Positions 39,155-50,806 of a stretch of 64,000 nt of DNA are shown here, one piece after another. The stretch is from Alphaproteobacteria bacterium (GTDB lineage Bacteria > Pseudomonadota > Alphaproteobacteria > SP197), in contig OZ219747.1 in assembly GCA_964291265.2 (NCBI GenBank), forward strand, positions 3,648,001 through 3,712,000, written 5' to 3'. The translations under genes were made by a program, and so were the position numbers. The notes below the pieces were generated by a model. The model was given only the letters and a program-made list of their open reading frames with translations. It was not told where the DNA came from and searched no databases. Positions within the stretch are counted from its first letter, which is position 1; each line of letters starts with the position of its first letter.

Positions 39155-41573
39155 CTGCCCATCGGACACATTTCGCGCTCGACTCGCTGATTCCTTTGCG
39201 CTATGGTCGGGCGCATGGACGACCCTGTTTCGATTCCGAGCGCGCTTTCCTCGCCACAAGGCATGGCGAAGTTGTCGCGGATTCTGGCGCAGCCGGAGGT
39301 CTCACGTGCCGAGATCGGCCGCAGGGTATGCGACGCTTTCGGCTTTGTTGACTTTCGCGGGCGACCGCAGGTCACGAGTTGCCTTTGTTGCCCTTCGCCG
39401 TCTTGAGCGGGCGGGCAGGATCGTTCTTCCTTCGCCCCGCCGTGGCGGCGGCCGGGGTGCCGTGGCTCGCAGGGAGGTGGCGGTTGCCGAGCCTGTGGGT
39501 CTTCCGGCGAGCGCCGGTGCGGCCTGAGGGCCTTGAGCTTGTCCGGGTCGAGGGATCGGAGCTTCGGCTGATCTTCAACGAGCTGATGGCGTCGGAGCAT
39601 CCGCGCAGCGCCCGTCTTCACGTCGGCCGTCAGCTGCGCTACCTGATCGGATCGTCGCATGGCTGGCTCGGCGGGTTCCTGTTTGCTCCGGCGACGCGGG
39701 TCCTGGCGGCGCGGGATGCCTGGCTTGGCTGGGACGATGCGAGCCGCGAGCGGCATCTCGACGAGGTGATCGGTCTGGCGCGATTCCTGATCCGTCCATC
39801 CGTCTGTGTACGTTATCTTGCGTCGCGGGTCCTGGGCATGGCGGCCCGGCGCTTAGGTGGTGACTTTGCGGCGGCCTATGGCATCCGTCCGGTTCTGGCC
39901 CTTGACCTTTGTCGCGCCGGAGTATCGGGGCAGTTGCTTCCTGGCGGCCGGCTGGCGCTGTGTCGGTGAGACCACCGGGCGCCGGCTTCGTGACGGCGTG
40001 GCGGAACCGGCGAAGCGCATCCTTCTGCTGCCGCTGGCCTCGGACTGGGACACCTGCCTGGAGGCGCGGCGCGTCCTGGCGCCCGGGGACGGCCTTGACA
40101 GCGCGGCCTGGGCAGAGAACGAATTCGGCGCCGCGCCCTCAGGAGACGCCCGCCTGACGCAGCGGCTTGTGCGCAGTGCCGAGGTTCAGGCCCGGTCACC
40201 GACGAAGACATTCTTCGCTGCGGCGGCTGGCTGCGGAGCGACGGTGAAGGGATACGACAGGATGATCGAGCATCCGGACTACGACGCGGTCTGTGCGTCC
40301 ACCATCATCGGGGGGCATCGCGAACGGACCCTGCGGCGGATGCAGGGCCAGGCGCTGTCGCTTCTGGTGCAGGACGGCACGGACCTCAACTTCGCGACCC
40401 GCCAGGGTTGCGAAGGCCTGGGGATGATCGGCTGCAACACGGGGTCTTCGGGGACGTCGGGCCTGCACCTGCACACGACCTTTGCCGTGAGCGGCGACGG
40501 GGTTCCCCTCGGCGTTGTCAACCTTGAGTTCGACGCCCCGGACGGCGGGGACGACCGGGATCGTCCGGTGGAGGAGCGCAAGACCGGACGGTGGCTGCGC
40601 GGCCTTCGCCACAGCATCGCGGCGGCGAAGGAACTGGACGGGGTGAAGGCCGTGGCGGTGATGGACCGCGAAGGGGACGCGTTCGATGTGCTCCACGAAC
40701 ACCGTGCGGCGGGCTGCCGCCGTCTGGCGCTGCTGGTGCGGGCGCGCCATGACCGCAGCTTCGGCCGCGGCCGGCCCAAGCTGTTCGAGCGTGTGCGCAC
40801 GGCGCCGGAAGGCGGACAGTTCTCCCTCACGGTGGAGCGATTGTCGGGGCGACGTTCGACAGGGGCGCAGAAGGCCTCCGTCGGGCGAGCGAGGCGCCAG
40901 GCGCAGGTGAGCCTGCGCTGGCTGACACGCGAGATCCCGCCGCCTGCACACACAAGGGCGCACTTCGGAGCGCAGCCGGTGGTGCTGACCGCGATCCATG
41001 CCGGGGAGGTGGACAGGCCCGACGACGGGTCACAACCGGTGTCGTGGACCCTGCTCACGACCCTGCCTGTCACGAGCCTGCACCAGGCCCGCGAGGTGGT
41101 GCGGCTCTACGGGTTGAGGTGGCGGATCGAGGACTGGCACAGGATCCTCAAGTCGGGCTGCAAGGTGGAGACGATCGCGCATCGTACCGGGGGACGCATC
41201 GAACGGGCCGTGGCCATCAACGCGGTGATGGCCTGGCGCATCGCCGCTCTCACCCACCTGGCGCGAACGGAACCGGAGCTTCCGGCAAGGACCGCATTCA
41301 CCGACATCGAACTGGCGCTGCTGAAAGACTTCGCGCATGTCCGCAAGCTGCCGCCGCCCGAGGATCTCTCAGCGGCATTCCGCCTCGTGGCGACGATGGG
41401 CGGATACCTGAACCGCAGCAAGGACGGCCCGCCCGGCGCGGAGATCACCTGGAACGGCCAGGCTGCGCTGTCGTTCACGGCGTGGATGCTGGGTCACAGT
41501 GTCGATGCCGGGGACGACAGCGCCGTGCGGCAACACATCAGCTAGCCAGACGGCATTTGTGGGCAATGGGCAG
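39155..41573 (+). mobile_element. Second DUF4338-IS4 element (2419 bp)
   Basis: Imperfect IRs CTGCCCATCGGACACATTT / ATTTGTGGGCAATGGGCAG; 8-bp TSD CCCCCGGT at 39147-39154 and 41574-41581. Confidence 0.88.
39215..41545 (+). pseudogene. DUF4338-IS4 transposase fusion, frameshifted in the DUF4338 part
   Basis: ARDAWLGW, ARFLIRP, GSCFLAAGW; WAENEF, QDGTDLN, MDREGD, YGLRWRIEDWHRILKSGC, MGGYL..GPPG. Confidence 0.85.
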
Positions 41574-41718
41574 CCCCCGGTTTTGCCGAAGAGTGCGCTC
41601 GCCAGGCCGCGGTCGTCGATGCGGCCAACCGCGCCGACCCGGAGCTCATGCAATTCATGGACGCAGCCGCCGCCGATCTCGCCGACCATCCGGACGCTCT
41701 TGAAACCGGACACGAGGA

Positions 41719-42047
41719 GTGAAGCGCGGCGACCTCGTCACTGTTGCGCTGCAGGGCGAACATGGCAAACCGCGCCCGGCGCTGGTGGTCCAGTCGGACC
41801 TTTTCGCCGGACTGACGTCGACTGTCACAGTCATATTGCTGACCTCGACCGTGCTCGACGCCCCGCTGATACGCGTACCGGTCCAACCCTCCGGGAGCAA
41901 CGGCCTGCGCACGCGCTCCTATGTCATGATCGATCAGATCTTCTCGGCAGGACGCGCCGCATCGGGCAGGTTTTCGGACATCTTGGCGATGCCGACATGG
42001 TGGCGGTGAATCGCGCGCTCGCCCTGTTCACGGGAATCGCCCGCTGA
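41719..42047 (+). pseudogene. PemK/MazF-family toxin, frameshifted near 41950
   Basis: KRGDLVTV...GKPRPALVVQSD...NGL...VMIDQI; the C-terminus (IGQVFGHL...VNRALALF) lies in another frame. Confidence 0.82.
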
Positions 42048-42379
42048 CTGTTTGCTGTGAAACATTTCTGATCCCTGCGACGCCTCTTGTTGAACAGGGC
42101 GCGAGCGACCTGTCGGTCAGGCGCATGCCTGACCGCCGTGTGGTGGTGCTGGCTGACGCCTGTTGACGAACCTTGGACCTTTACGGCTGTCCCGCGTCCA
42201 TGGCCATCAAGGGTCTGGTTCGTTCAGGCGTCAGGACATCGTCGAAATGCAAGCGTCCTCGTCACCCACCTCCACCTGCTCGCATGATCGTGCACCAATG
42301 CACCAATACGCCGGATCAACGCACTTGTCCAACGGCCACAACAGGCTCACGTTTCATGGCGCGGGGTGAGCAGGCACGC

Positions 42380-43560
42380 CGATGTTCATGACTGTTTGGA
42401 AGGTTCCACCGAGGGAAACCGGCAGCTTCGAGGCCGGACGGGATGTTTCGCACATGACTTCGCATACACGAAACCAGCCAGGCCAACCGGAAAGCGCCTT
42501 TTTCAGCGAGGCACCGGGCGCCCCGTTGAAGAATGAGGCCTGGTCCCGGGGTGCCGTGCATCCTGACACGGGTACTGTCTATCTCCTGGTCTGGGCAGGC
42601 GAGATCCGGATCGTCGACGGCATCCGTCACGTCCGCCTCGGAACCCGTTTGAAGCCAGGACGATCTCCGAAGCGTCCGGGCTGCCGAGAGCGGCTGGGTG
42701 CGGCAGAACGATGACGGACTCCCGCGGACCGAGTAAGCTGGAAAGGGGACCCGACCCGAAAATGAAGTATCGGGCCAGTCGAATCGGTCGGAGCCTATCG
42801 ATGAGATGGCGGTACGTGTCATGGAGGCGTATCGGCGGGGAAGGGAATGTCTGGCCCGCCTTGAGGCCGTGACCGAAGCGGATATGCAGGATCGTCTGAT
42901 CCTGCCGGTTCTCAAGGGCTGGGCTATTCCGACAACAACACGCGGCGGGAGGTTGCCGATGCCGACAACAAGCCGGACCGCGTTGTCTGGCCAGTCGCGC
43001 TGGACGAAATGAACGGGACGGAACGGCCGGCGCGTTTCCTTGTCGAGGAAAAACGTCTCGAACGGACTTCGACAAGCCGGGTTCGAGCCGCGCCGACACG
43101 CCGGCGCGGCCGGGATCCTGCCCTCCATGCCCGAGCGACAGGGCGGCGTTCGGCCGCTGGCCGCCCGCCTCGGCGCTGCAACCTTCGAGACTGTCGAGCC
43201 GCCCGCGCCGCTCTTCCCGAAAGCGCGGCGGTTCTTGGCCGAAGCGGTATCGACCGCCCGCGAATGCCGCCCATTTGCGTTGCTGAATCGGCGCCCTTGA
43301 CGTCGCTATGCCCGAGGCGGGGCTGATTGCCGATGCAAGACGGCACGATTGGGAACCGGACTTCGTTGTGGGCCAGGGGCCGCCATACAAGCCTTCAGAA
43401 CCCGTCCAGGAGTCGCTGCTTGGGGCCCGGCGCATCCGGATGGCAGCCGTTCCGTTCCGCAACGACGGAAGCACAGGCGGACAGTCCCTTCGCAAGGACG
43501 ATATTGCTTTGTGCGCCCGCGCCTTCGCGCACGGCGACGATCCTCTCGTCCTTTGCGTCT
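42380..43560 (+). pseudogene. Patchwork of degraded gene fragments, possibly nuclease/restriction-related
   Basis: Short protein-like stretches (GAPLKNEAWSRGAV..VYLLVW; TEADMQDRLILPVL) broken by stops and frameshifts. Confidence 0.35.
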
Positions 43561-43678
43561 GGATGGGGCATGAGGGCGAAGGCGAGGACTGGAAATGCAT
43601 CCTCAACCGGTGACAATCACCACCAGTCACCGCGTGACCGAACGCTTGCGACGACGAGAAAAGGAGGAGGGCGCCGCC

Positions 43679-45397
43679 ATGAACGTGTCCGACGGATTCA
43701 GGGCGTGGAAGGACAAACACGAAACGCCGGCCTATCACACCATTCCGTCCGCCCTGCCCGAACGGGCCGCCGGAGGTCCGGTGATCAGCGACACCATGGT
43801 GCCCATGCGCGACGGCATCGAACTGGCAACGGACATCTATCTTCCTGCCGGTGACGGCCCCTTCCCGGCCATCCTCACGCGCATGCCCTACGGCAAGACG
43901 GAACCTTACTGTTTCATGCCGGCCATCGCCCGACATTGGGTGCGCATGGGCTATGCAGCCGTGGTCCAGGACGTGCGGGGCAAGTGGGGATCAGGGGGTT
44001 GTTTCGAACCCAATCTTGCCGACAACGAGGTCCCTGACGGCTACGACACCATCACCTGGATCGCCGGCGAAGCATGGTCAGACGGCCGGGTCGGCATGTG
44101 GGGCGAGAGCTATTTCGGTTTTACCAGCTATGCCGGAGCCGTGAGCGGCCATCCGGCCCTGCGGTGCGTTGCGCCCGGCGACATCTCCCTTGATCGCTAT
44201 CGCGCCACCATGCGCTACGGCTGCCTGCAACTGAACACGGTAGGAACCTGGGCGATCTCGATGACCGACCAGACCTACCAGGATCTCTCCCGGCTGGACT
44301 ACTGGCACCTTCCGCTGGCCGACATGGCCAACGCGGCCGGCATTCCGTCGTGCTACTTCGACGAACTCATCGCCAATCCCCTGCCCTCCCGGTTCTGGAA
44401 CCGGCACAGCCTCCTTGCCGGATACGAGAGCATCCACATCCCCGTGCTGCACTGGGGCGGCTGGTACGACAATTACCTCGGTCCCACCATTGCCGACTGG
44501 CGCACCATGGAGAAACACAACCGCGCCGCCGGCAACCAGCATCTCTTCATCGGTCCCTGGGACCACGAGGGCACGGCCGACCGCTGCCACAGGGTCGGCC
44601 TGTTGCCTGTCAACTCCAGCACGGCCGAGGTCAAGTGGGACACCTTCATCACCTTCTTCGACCGCTATCTCAAGGGCGACGAAAACGGGTTCGGCGAGAC
44701 CGGCATCATTCGCTACTATGTCATGGGTCGGGACATCTGGCGTGATGCCGGGTCATGGCCGCCCCGGGAGTGCCGGGAACAGCGGTTCTACCTGAGGTCT
44801 ACCGACTCCCTGCGTCTTGCCCACGATCCTCCCGGCAGCGAACCGGCGACGAGCTTTCGCTACGACCCCGCCGATCCGGTCGCCGAGACACTGGCCTACG
44901 ACTGCTGGTCCCTGGCGGGGCAGATGGGAGACCGGCGCGAGATCCACGAACGTCAGGATGTTCTCGTCTACGTGACGGAACCATTCGCCGACGAACTGGA
45001 ACTGACAGGTCCCATCTCGGCTCACATCTTCTTCTCCAGCAGTGCGGTGGATACGGATGTCACTGTGGCACTCGCCGATGTGGCCGAAGACGGCAGCGCC
45101 AATCTCATACAGGACGGCATCCTGCGTTGCCGATTCCGCAACGGGACAGAACGGGAGGAGCTGATGGTGCCGGGAGAAGTCCAGGAGCTCGACATCGACC
45201 TCTGGTCAACCAGTTATGCGCTCGCTCCCGGACACCGTCTCGCCGTCGAGATCTCGTCCAGCAACTTCAACCGCTACGACCGCAATCTCAACACCGGCGA
45301 ACCGTTCGGTCAGGGCGCCACCCCCGTCGTCGCAACGCAGACTGTCTTCCACGATACCTGCCGGGCCTCCTGCATCACCGTGACCGTCCACGCCTGA
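43679..45397 (+). CDS. CocE/NonD family serine hydrolase
   Basis: VPMRDGIELATDIY, RMPYGK, QDVRG, GMWGESYFG, GGWYD, IGPWDH, SSSNF; AGGAGG RBS. Confidence 0.92.
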   Translation: MNVSDGFRAWKDKHETPAYHTIPSALPERAAGGPVISDTMVPMRDGIELATDIYLPAGDGPFPAILTRMPYGKTEPYCFMPAIARHWVRMGYAAVVQDVRGKWGSGGCFEPNLADNEVPDGYDTITWIAGEAWSDGRVGMWGESYFGFTSYAGAVSGHPALRCVAPGDISLDRYRATMRYGCLQLNTVGTWAISMTDQTYQDLSRLDYWHLPLADMANAAGIPSCYFDELIANPLPSRFWNRHSLLAGYESIHIPVLHWGGWYDNYLGPTIADWRTMEKHNRAAGNQHLFIGPWDHEGTADRCHRVGLLPVNSSTAEVKWDTFITFFDRYLKGDENGFGETGIIRYYVMGRDIWRDAGSWPPRECREQRFYLRSTDSLRLAHDPPGSEPATSFRYDPADPVAETLAYDCWSLAGQMGDRREIHERQDVLVYVTEPFADELELTGPISAHIFFSSSAVDTDVTVALADVAEDGSANLIQDGILRCRFRNGTEREELMVPGEVQELDIDLWSTSYALAPGHRLAVEISSSNFNRYDRNLNTGEPFGQGATPVVATQTVFHDTCRASCITVTVHA

Positions 45398-45558
45398 GTC
45401 CCTCCAGCTGGAGATGACGGCAGGCAGTTCGTGGTCAGGGGTGGCGATCAACGCGCCGCCCCATCGAAGCGGCCGCAGGGACAAGCATCGTGACAGGCGC
45501 CCTGTTCCGTCGTGATCGTCGGCATTCCGGCACCGGTCAGCCGCTTCGAGGCTGCCGG

Positions 45559-46749
45559 TCAGGATACCGTGTCGCTTGTGAGCCTGCTGGCTACCCACCA
45601 GGCGACATGGCGATTGTGCTGTTCGTGACGGGAAAGCGGCCCAGGCGAGGCCCGACCACTATCAAGGGCCTTCTGGATCGCCGCATTGGCGGGGGTATCT
45701 TCGTCGTTGAAGCGGTGGAAGAACCTCTCGAAACGATCAAGCCGCGCCTCGAAGTCCGTCAGAAGGCGGGCGCTTTCCGGGACCAGAAGATCGACCTCCA
45801 TGTGTGAACGGCCGACATCGAGCGGAAGAAAGCGGATCATGATGCCACAGTCGGGCTGCAGGTAGATGAGGTAGTTCGGCAGGACGTAGAACAGTACGAA
45901 GTGAGTGCGGTGGAATGTGTCGAGGTCATCGAGCGGCTCGAAGTAGCACCCTGGCATGACCCTGATCCCGTCGGCCAGAGTCTCAAGACTTTCCTCGCGC
46001 GCCGGACTCCACTGCAGTATCCAGTCGTCGCCACAGGTCGTACCGGCTCTGTCTCCAGGGAAGACGGTCTGGAAGGTCTCGGGGTGCAACCCTTCGTGGT
46101 GGTAGCATTCGCCGTTGTCCTGCATCACCTTCCAGCCCCAGGGAACCTCTCCGAGGTTCAGGGTGCGTGCGGTGAACCAGCTGTCGAGACCGTAGGGACG
46201 GAGCGTCTCCTCGAGACCCGCCAGGCGAGGTGCGAGAGAACCGGCGCGACCATCGAGATTGACGAAAACGAACCCGTGCCAGACCTCGAAGGAGAGTTCT
46301 TCCAGGCGGGTGGCCGCAGCATCGAATTCGGGATGGGATTCCATGCCCGGCGCCCGGCGCAGACATCCGTCGAGGCCGTAGACCCAGGCGTGATAGGGGC
46401 AGGTGATGATGGCCTTGCGCCCCTTCCCCTCAAGGACCTTCATCCAACGGTGACGGCAGATGTTCGCAAAGATCCTGAGACACCCCTTGTGGTCTCGGAC
46501 CATGGCGACCGGTGTGCCGACGATTTCGCGGGCAACGTAACTGCCCGGTTCGCGGACTTCGTCGGCCCGGCCGACAGCGATCCATCCCGCCCGAAAGATC
46601 CTCTCGACTTCAAGGGCATGGATGTCCGGATTGCAGTACGCATCCGCCGGTAGCGTCATCCATCCGGCGTTGCCGTCTGCCGCCATGGCGGACATAGCCC
46701 CGAGAGTGGCGGCCGTTCTGGCTGCCTGAGTGCCTTGGTAACCCTGCAT
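45559..46749 (-). CDS. Rieske non-heme iron oxygenase alpha subunit (choline monooxygenase/N-demethylase-like)
   Basis: NICRHR...CPYHAWVY, WKVMQDNGECYHHEGLH, EDTP; start uncertain. Confidence 0.9.
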   Translation of the reverse strand: MQGYQGTQAARTAATLGAMSAMAADGNAGWMTLPADAYCNPDIHALEVERIFRAGWIAVGRADEVREPGSYVAREIVGTPVAMVRDHKGCLRIFANICRHRWMKVLEGKGRKAIITCPYHAWVYGLDGCLRRAPGMESHPEFDAAATRLEELSFEVWHGFVFVNLDGRAGSLAPRLAGLEETLRPYGLDSWFTARTLNLGEVPWGWKVMQDNGECYHHEGLHPETFQTVFPGDRAGTTCGDDWILQWSPAREESLETLADGIRVMPGCYFEPLDDLDTFHRTHFVLFYVLPNYLIYLQPDCGIMIRFLPLDVGRSHMEVDLLVPESARLLTDFEARLDRFERFFHRFNDEDTPANAAIQKALDSGRASPGPLSRHEQHNRHVAWWVASRLTSDTVS

Positions 46750-47000
46750 TCCTTCCTCCGCGCCGATTATGGCGGGAACGGACCGTCGCGACAATCCCCG
46801 GAGCGCGTGGCCGCCACCTCCCTGATGTTGCCCCACTCTCGAGAACGAACCGGAATCCTCGCCGACGCGTGAAGCGGATGACGACACGGACTTCGCAAAC
46901 ATGAGAGAACGCCTCCTCGGTGTCGGGCTGGCAGTGACGTGGTAGGGTTCGGCGCCCGAACACGGCGAAACGCACACTGTTTCGACCCATGGAGACCGCG

Positions 47001-47790
47001 ATGGACCTCACCGTACTCGATCGCACAGCCGATGCCGGCGCCGCCGCGAACATCCTGCAACGTGGCGGTACCGTTGCCGTGGAGGACCTTGCCCTTGTTG
47101 GGCCTGGCAGACATCAGCGAACTGCGGTCCCGGCTCGATGCCGTCACGCAGCGCCTTCAACCGGGACCCGACGCACCTCTGCGCTGGCGTGTTGTTCATG
47201 GCGTCGGGTGCGATCGAATTCGCGGACCACGACCCTGTCGACGCCGTCGCCGACCGGATCAGCAGCCTGAGGACGATCGAGACCATGCCGGGTGAGACGA
47301 ACCGGGCGCTGCACCGTGACGACACGGTCCACTCCATGGGCATCGTCGGCATGGAGCCGGTCCTCGGCGTCGTGCGGTCCCTGAGCGACTTCACGAGGGA
47401 GAGCGGCGGGACCCGGGTAACTCCCGGCAGCCACCGCTGCATGCGCGCGTGGCATCTGCCGGACATATTCCGCTGGGCCCTTGCCGGAATGCAGAAGGGC
47501 TTGAGCGCTCTTCTGCCTGGGCTTGACATGGCGCGGCGCGGCTGCGCCGGCTGGCTTCGCCCCGAGGAAAACCCGTACCTGACCACTCCACCCGGGATTG
47601 CCGTCCGTCATGGACCCCGCCTGCGGTCGCCGATGGATCAGGCGACCCACGGCTTCGGTGACGACCGGTGCGGCGGCCACCGAGACGTCTGTCCTGCGTG
47701 GACCAGCACACCACCGGAGCCCTCCCGGCGGGCCATCCGCAGCAGAGTGCGTGCCATGGAGGGCGCCAGGGTCGAGGGCGGAGGATGACG
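47001..47790 (+). pseudogene. Phytanoyl-CoA dioxygenase (PhyH) family relic
   Basis: MPGETNRALHRDD, LSDFTRESGGTRVTPGSH, GWLRPEENPYL; frameshifts and deletions. Confidence 0.7.
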
Positions 47791-47915
47791 CCGCCGTTGC
47801 CGATGTCGCGGGAAAGCGCCCGGACAGCGACACCCGTTCCTGCCGGTGTTTCAACAGTGCGGCGCCTGAGGTGGACGCATGGACTGTCACGTTCAGGGAG
47901 CTGATGGAGGAGATC

Positions 47916-48728
47916 GTGGACGAAGAACTCTATGACGACAGCTACATCACCTTTCTCGAGGAGGTGTGGGGGAGCGGATATCTCTCCCCCGGGGGACCTG
48001 GCGAGGTCACGCGCATCCTTGAGGGTCTCGACCTGAACGGTGCCCGTGTTCTCGACATCGGTTGCGGATCAGGCGGCATCACGCTCTCGCTGGCGCTCGA
48101 TCACGGCGCGGCCCGCGTCACCGGCATCGACGTCGAGGAACCGGCCTGCAATGCGGCGCGTGAGCGGGCGCGCGAGGCCGGAGCAGCCGACCGGGTGACG
48201 ATACGTCAGGTGGAACCCGGCCCGTTCGAGTTTGCCGACCGGAGCTTTGATGTCGTCTTTTCGAAGGATGCCATCATTCATGTTGCGGACAAGGACATGC
48301 TTGCCCGCGAGGTCTTCCGTGTCCTGGAACCCGGCGGCTGGTTTGCTGCCTCGGACTGGCTGATATCCCACGACAACGCTGCGAGCCCTGCGATGGCACG
48401 CTACATCGAACTCGAGGGGCTCGACTTCTCCATGGCTTCTCCGGACCGCTACGAGGCCGCCCTCAGGGGCGCAGGACTCGTGAACGTGAGCCTGACCAAC
48501 CGCAATCCGTGGTACAGGGACGTGAGCCGCAACGAACTCGACTTTCTGACAGGGGCGGCACGCGCCGGCCTGGCGAGCAGATATGGCAAGGAGTTCGTCG
48601 ACCACCAGGTCGCGACCTGGAGGGCCATGGTAGCGGTTCTCGGGACAGGAGAACACTGTCCCCACCATCTGCGTGGCCAGCGCCCGCACCAAGCCCCCAT
48701 GAGCACAAGCCGGGAGCACGACCTGTGA
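47916..48728 (+). CDS. Class I SAM-dependent methyltransferase (phosphoethanolamine/sarcosine N-methyltransferase-like)
   Basis: [38 protein letters not shown]. Confidence 0.88.
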   Translation: MDEELYDDSYITFLEEVWGSGYLSPGGPGEVTRILEGLDLNGARVLDIGCGSGGITLSLALDHGAARVTGIDVEEPACNAARERAREAGAADRVTIRQVEPGPFEFADRSFDVVFSKDAIIHVADKDMLAREVFRVLEPGGWFAASDWLISHDNAASPAMARYIELEGLDFSMASPDRYEAALRGAGLVNVSLTNRNPWYRDVSRNELDFLTGAARAGLASRYGKEFVDHQVATWRAMVAVLGTGEHCPHHLRGQRPHQAPMSTSREHDL

Positions 48729-50806
48729 CACGCGATCCCCGTTACGACATCCTGTTCGAACCACTCGGCATAGGTCCGGTCACCGCGCCCAACAGGTTCT
48801 ACCAGGTGCCCCACTGCAACGGCATGGGCCGGGTCTATCCCAACGCCATGATCGGCATGCGGGGGGCGAAGGCTGAAGGAGGCTGGGGGATCGTCTGCAC
48901 CGAACAGTGTGACTTTCTGGCAAGCGGGGACGCCTCGCCCTACGCCGAGACGAACATGTGGGACGCCAGCGACGAAGTCTATCTGGGCCGCATGGCCGAG
49001 GAGGTGCACCGCTACGGGAGCCTCGCCGGCATCGAACTCGTCCACAACGGTCACGACACTCCGAATCTATACAGCCGGGAGACCCCGATCGGCCCGATGC
49101 ACCGGCCGGCGAACTGGAGCTTTGCGCCGATCCAGGCGCGCGCCATGGATCTCGCGGATATCCGGGAATATCGCCGCGCCCACAGGCAGGCCGCCATGCG
49201 GGCGCGCGACATCGGGTTCGACATTGTCATCGTCTATGCCGGGCACGACGGAACGGTACCGAGCCACTTTCTGGCACGGCGCCACAACCAGCGGACCGAC
49301 GAATATGGGGGCAGTCTCGAGAACAGGTTGCGCCTGTTCCGCGAACTGCTCGAGGAGGCACGCGAGGCGGTCGGCGACACCACTGGAGTCGTGGTGCGCT
49401 TCGCCGTGGACGAACTGATGGGACCGGACGGCCTCGAGTGGCACGCAGAGGGTCGCGAGGCGGTCGAGATGATGGCCGAGCTTCCGGACCTGTGGGATGT
49501 CAACGTCAGCGACTGGACGAACGATTCGAAGACCTCGCGGTTCGCCCCGGAGGGCTACCAGGAAGACTATGTCGCCTTCGTGAAGCAGACGACCACCAAG
49601 CCGGTTTCCACGGTCGGACGCTACACCTCGCCCGACGCCATGGTCTCGGCGATCCGTCGCGGCATCGTCGATCTGATCGGCGCCGCACGACCGTCGATTG
49701 CCGATCCCTTTCTGCCGAAGAAGGTCGAGGAAGGCCGGCTTGAGGACATCCGCGAGTGCATCGGCTGCAATGTCTGCATCGGCTGGACCCAGATGACGGC
49801 GCCGGCACGCTGCACCCAGAATCCGACGTTCGGAGAGGAATGGCGCAAGGACTGGCATCCGGAAACCCTGCCACCCGCAGAAAAGGATGCTCACCTGCTC
49901 GTCGTCGGCGCCGGACCCGCCGGGCTCGAGGCCGCGCGTGCGGCCGGACTGCGGGGATTCCGTGTCACACTGGCCGAAGCGCAGGAAGAACTCGGCGGAC
50001 GAGTCACCCTTGAGAGCCGGCTCCCCGGTCTCGCGGCCTGGGCACGCGTGCGCGACTATCGGATGAGCCAGATCCAGCGCATGCCCAATGTGGACGTCTA
50101 CCGCTCGAGCCGCCTCGACGCAGACCAGATTCTCGAACTTGGAGCCGATCACGTGGCGATTGCGACCGGCGCCACATGGCGGCGCGACGGTTGCGGCCGC
50201 CGCTTCACCTCGGCTGTTCCCGGGAGTGACGCGGCGCACGTCCTCACGCCCGACGACGTACTGGCGGGGCGCCGGCCCACCGGACGCAGGGTGCTGCTGT
50301 TCGACGACGACCACTACTACATGGCCAGCGTGCTCGCAGAACTGTTGAGCGCGGAAGGCTACGACGTAAGCCTGGTGACGCCGACGGCGACGATCGCGGC
50401 CTGGCTCGTCCACACACTGGAACACGAGGCCAACCAGGAGCGCCTTCATGATGCCTGCGTGAACCTCCATGCCAACACGACCCTTCTCGCCGTGGAGACC
50501 GATCAGGCGTTGTTGCATGACGGCTTGCGGAATCGCGAGATGGCGCTGCCGGTCGATGGCGTCATCATGGTCACCGCGCGACTGCCGGAAGACGGCCTCT
50601 ACCATGATGTGGTGCAGGCGCTCGGCGGCAGATCCGATGCCGGCATCCGCACCCTGCGACGGGTAGGCGATTGTCAGGCGCCGGGCATCATCGCGACCGC
50701 GGTCTACGAGGGCCATCGCTATGCCCGCGAACTCGGCGCCGACATCGATCCCCGCGACGTGCCATTCCGCCGCGAACTGCATGTCATAGAACCGGCCATG
50801 ACCTGA
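48725..50806 (+). CDS. Trimethylamine/dimethylamine/histamine dehydrogenase-family flavoprotein
   Basis: [20 protein letters not shown] (FMN-linking Cys), VYAGH, CIGCNVC...C (4Fe-4S), VVGAGPAG. Confidence 0.9.
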   Translation: MTRDPRYDILFEPLGIGPVTAPNRFYQVPHCNGMGRVYPNAMIGMRGAKAEGGWGIVCTEQCDFLASGDASPYAETNMWDASDEVYLGRMAEEVHRYGSLAGIELVHNGHDTPNLYSRETPIGPMHRPANWSFAPIQARAMDLADIREYRRAHRQAAMRARDIGFDIVIVYAGHDGTVPSHFLARRHNQRTDEYGGSLENRLRLFRELLEEAREAVGDTTGVVVRFAVDELMGPDGLEWHAEGREAVEMMAELPDLWDVNVSDWTNDSKTSRFAPEGYQEDYVAFVKQTTTKPVSTVGRYTSPDAMVSAIRRGIVDLIGAARPSIADPFLPKKVEEGRLEDIRECIGCNVCIGWTQMTAPARCTQNPTFGEEWRKDWHPETLPPAEKDAHLLVVGAGPAGLEAARAAGLRGFRVTLAEAQEELGGRVTLESRLPGLAAWARVRDYRMSQIQRMPNVDVYRSSRLDADQILELGADHVAIATGATWRRDGCGRRFTSAVPGSDAAHVLTPDDVLAGRRPTGRRVLLFDDDHYYMASVLAELLSAEGYDVSLVTPTATIAAWLVHTLEHEANQERLHDACVNLHANTTLLAVETDQALLHDGLRNREMALPVDGVIMVTARLPEDGLYHDVVQALGGRSDAGIRTLRRVGDCQAPGIIATAVYEGHRYARELGADIDPRDVPFRRELHVIEPAMT

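Larger units (their letters stand above)
39044..41722 (+). pseudogene. DUF3018/MazE-like antitoxin, with a nonsense mutation and split by IS4 (39044-39154 + 41582-41722)
   Basis: RRAALRAQGLRPI*IWVPDTRAPG|FAEECARQA. Confidence 0.85.

Noticed and set aside
8010-41545. Druantia defence system
   Set aside because: The DUF4338 domains are fused to transposases inside IS ends, and no DruE helicase or other dru genes are present
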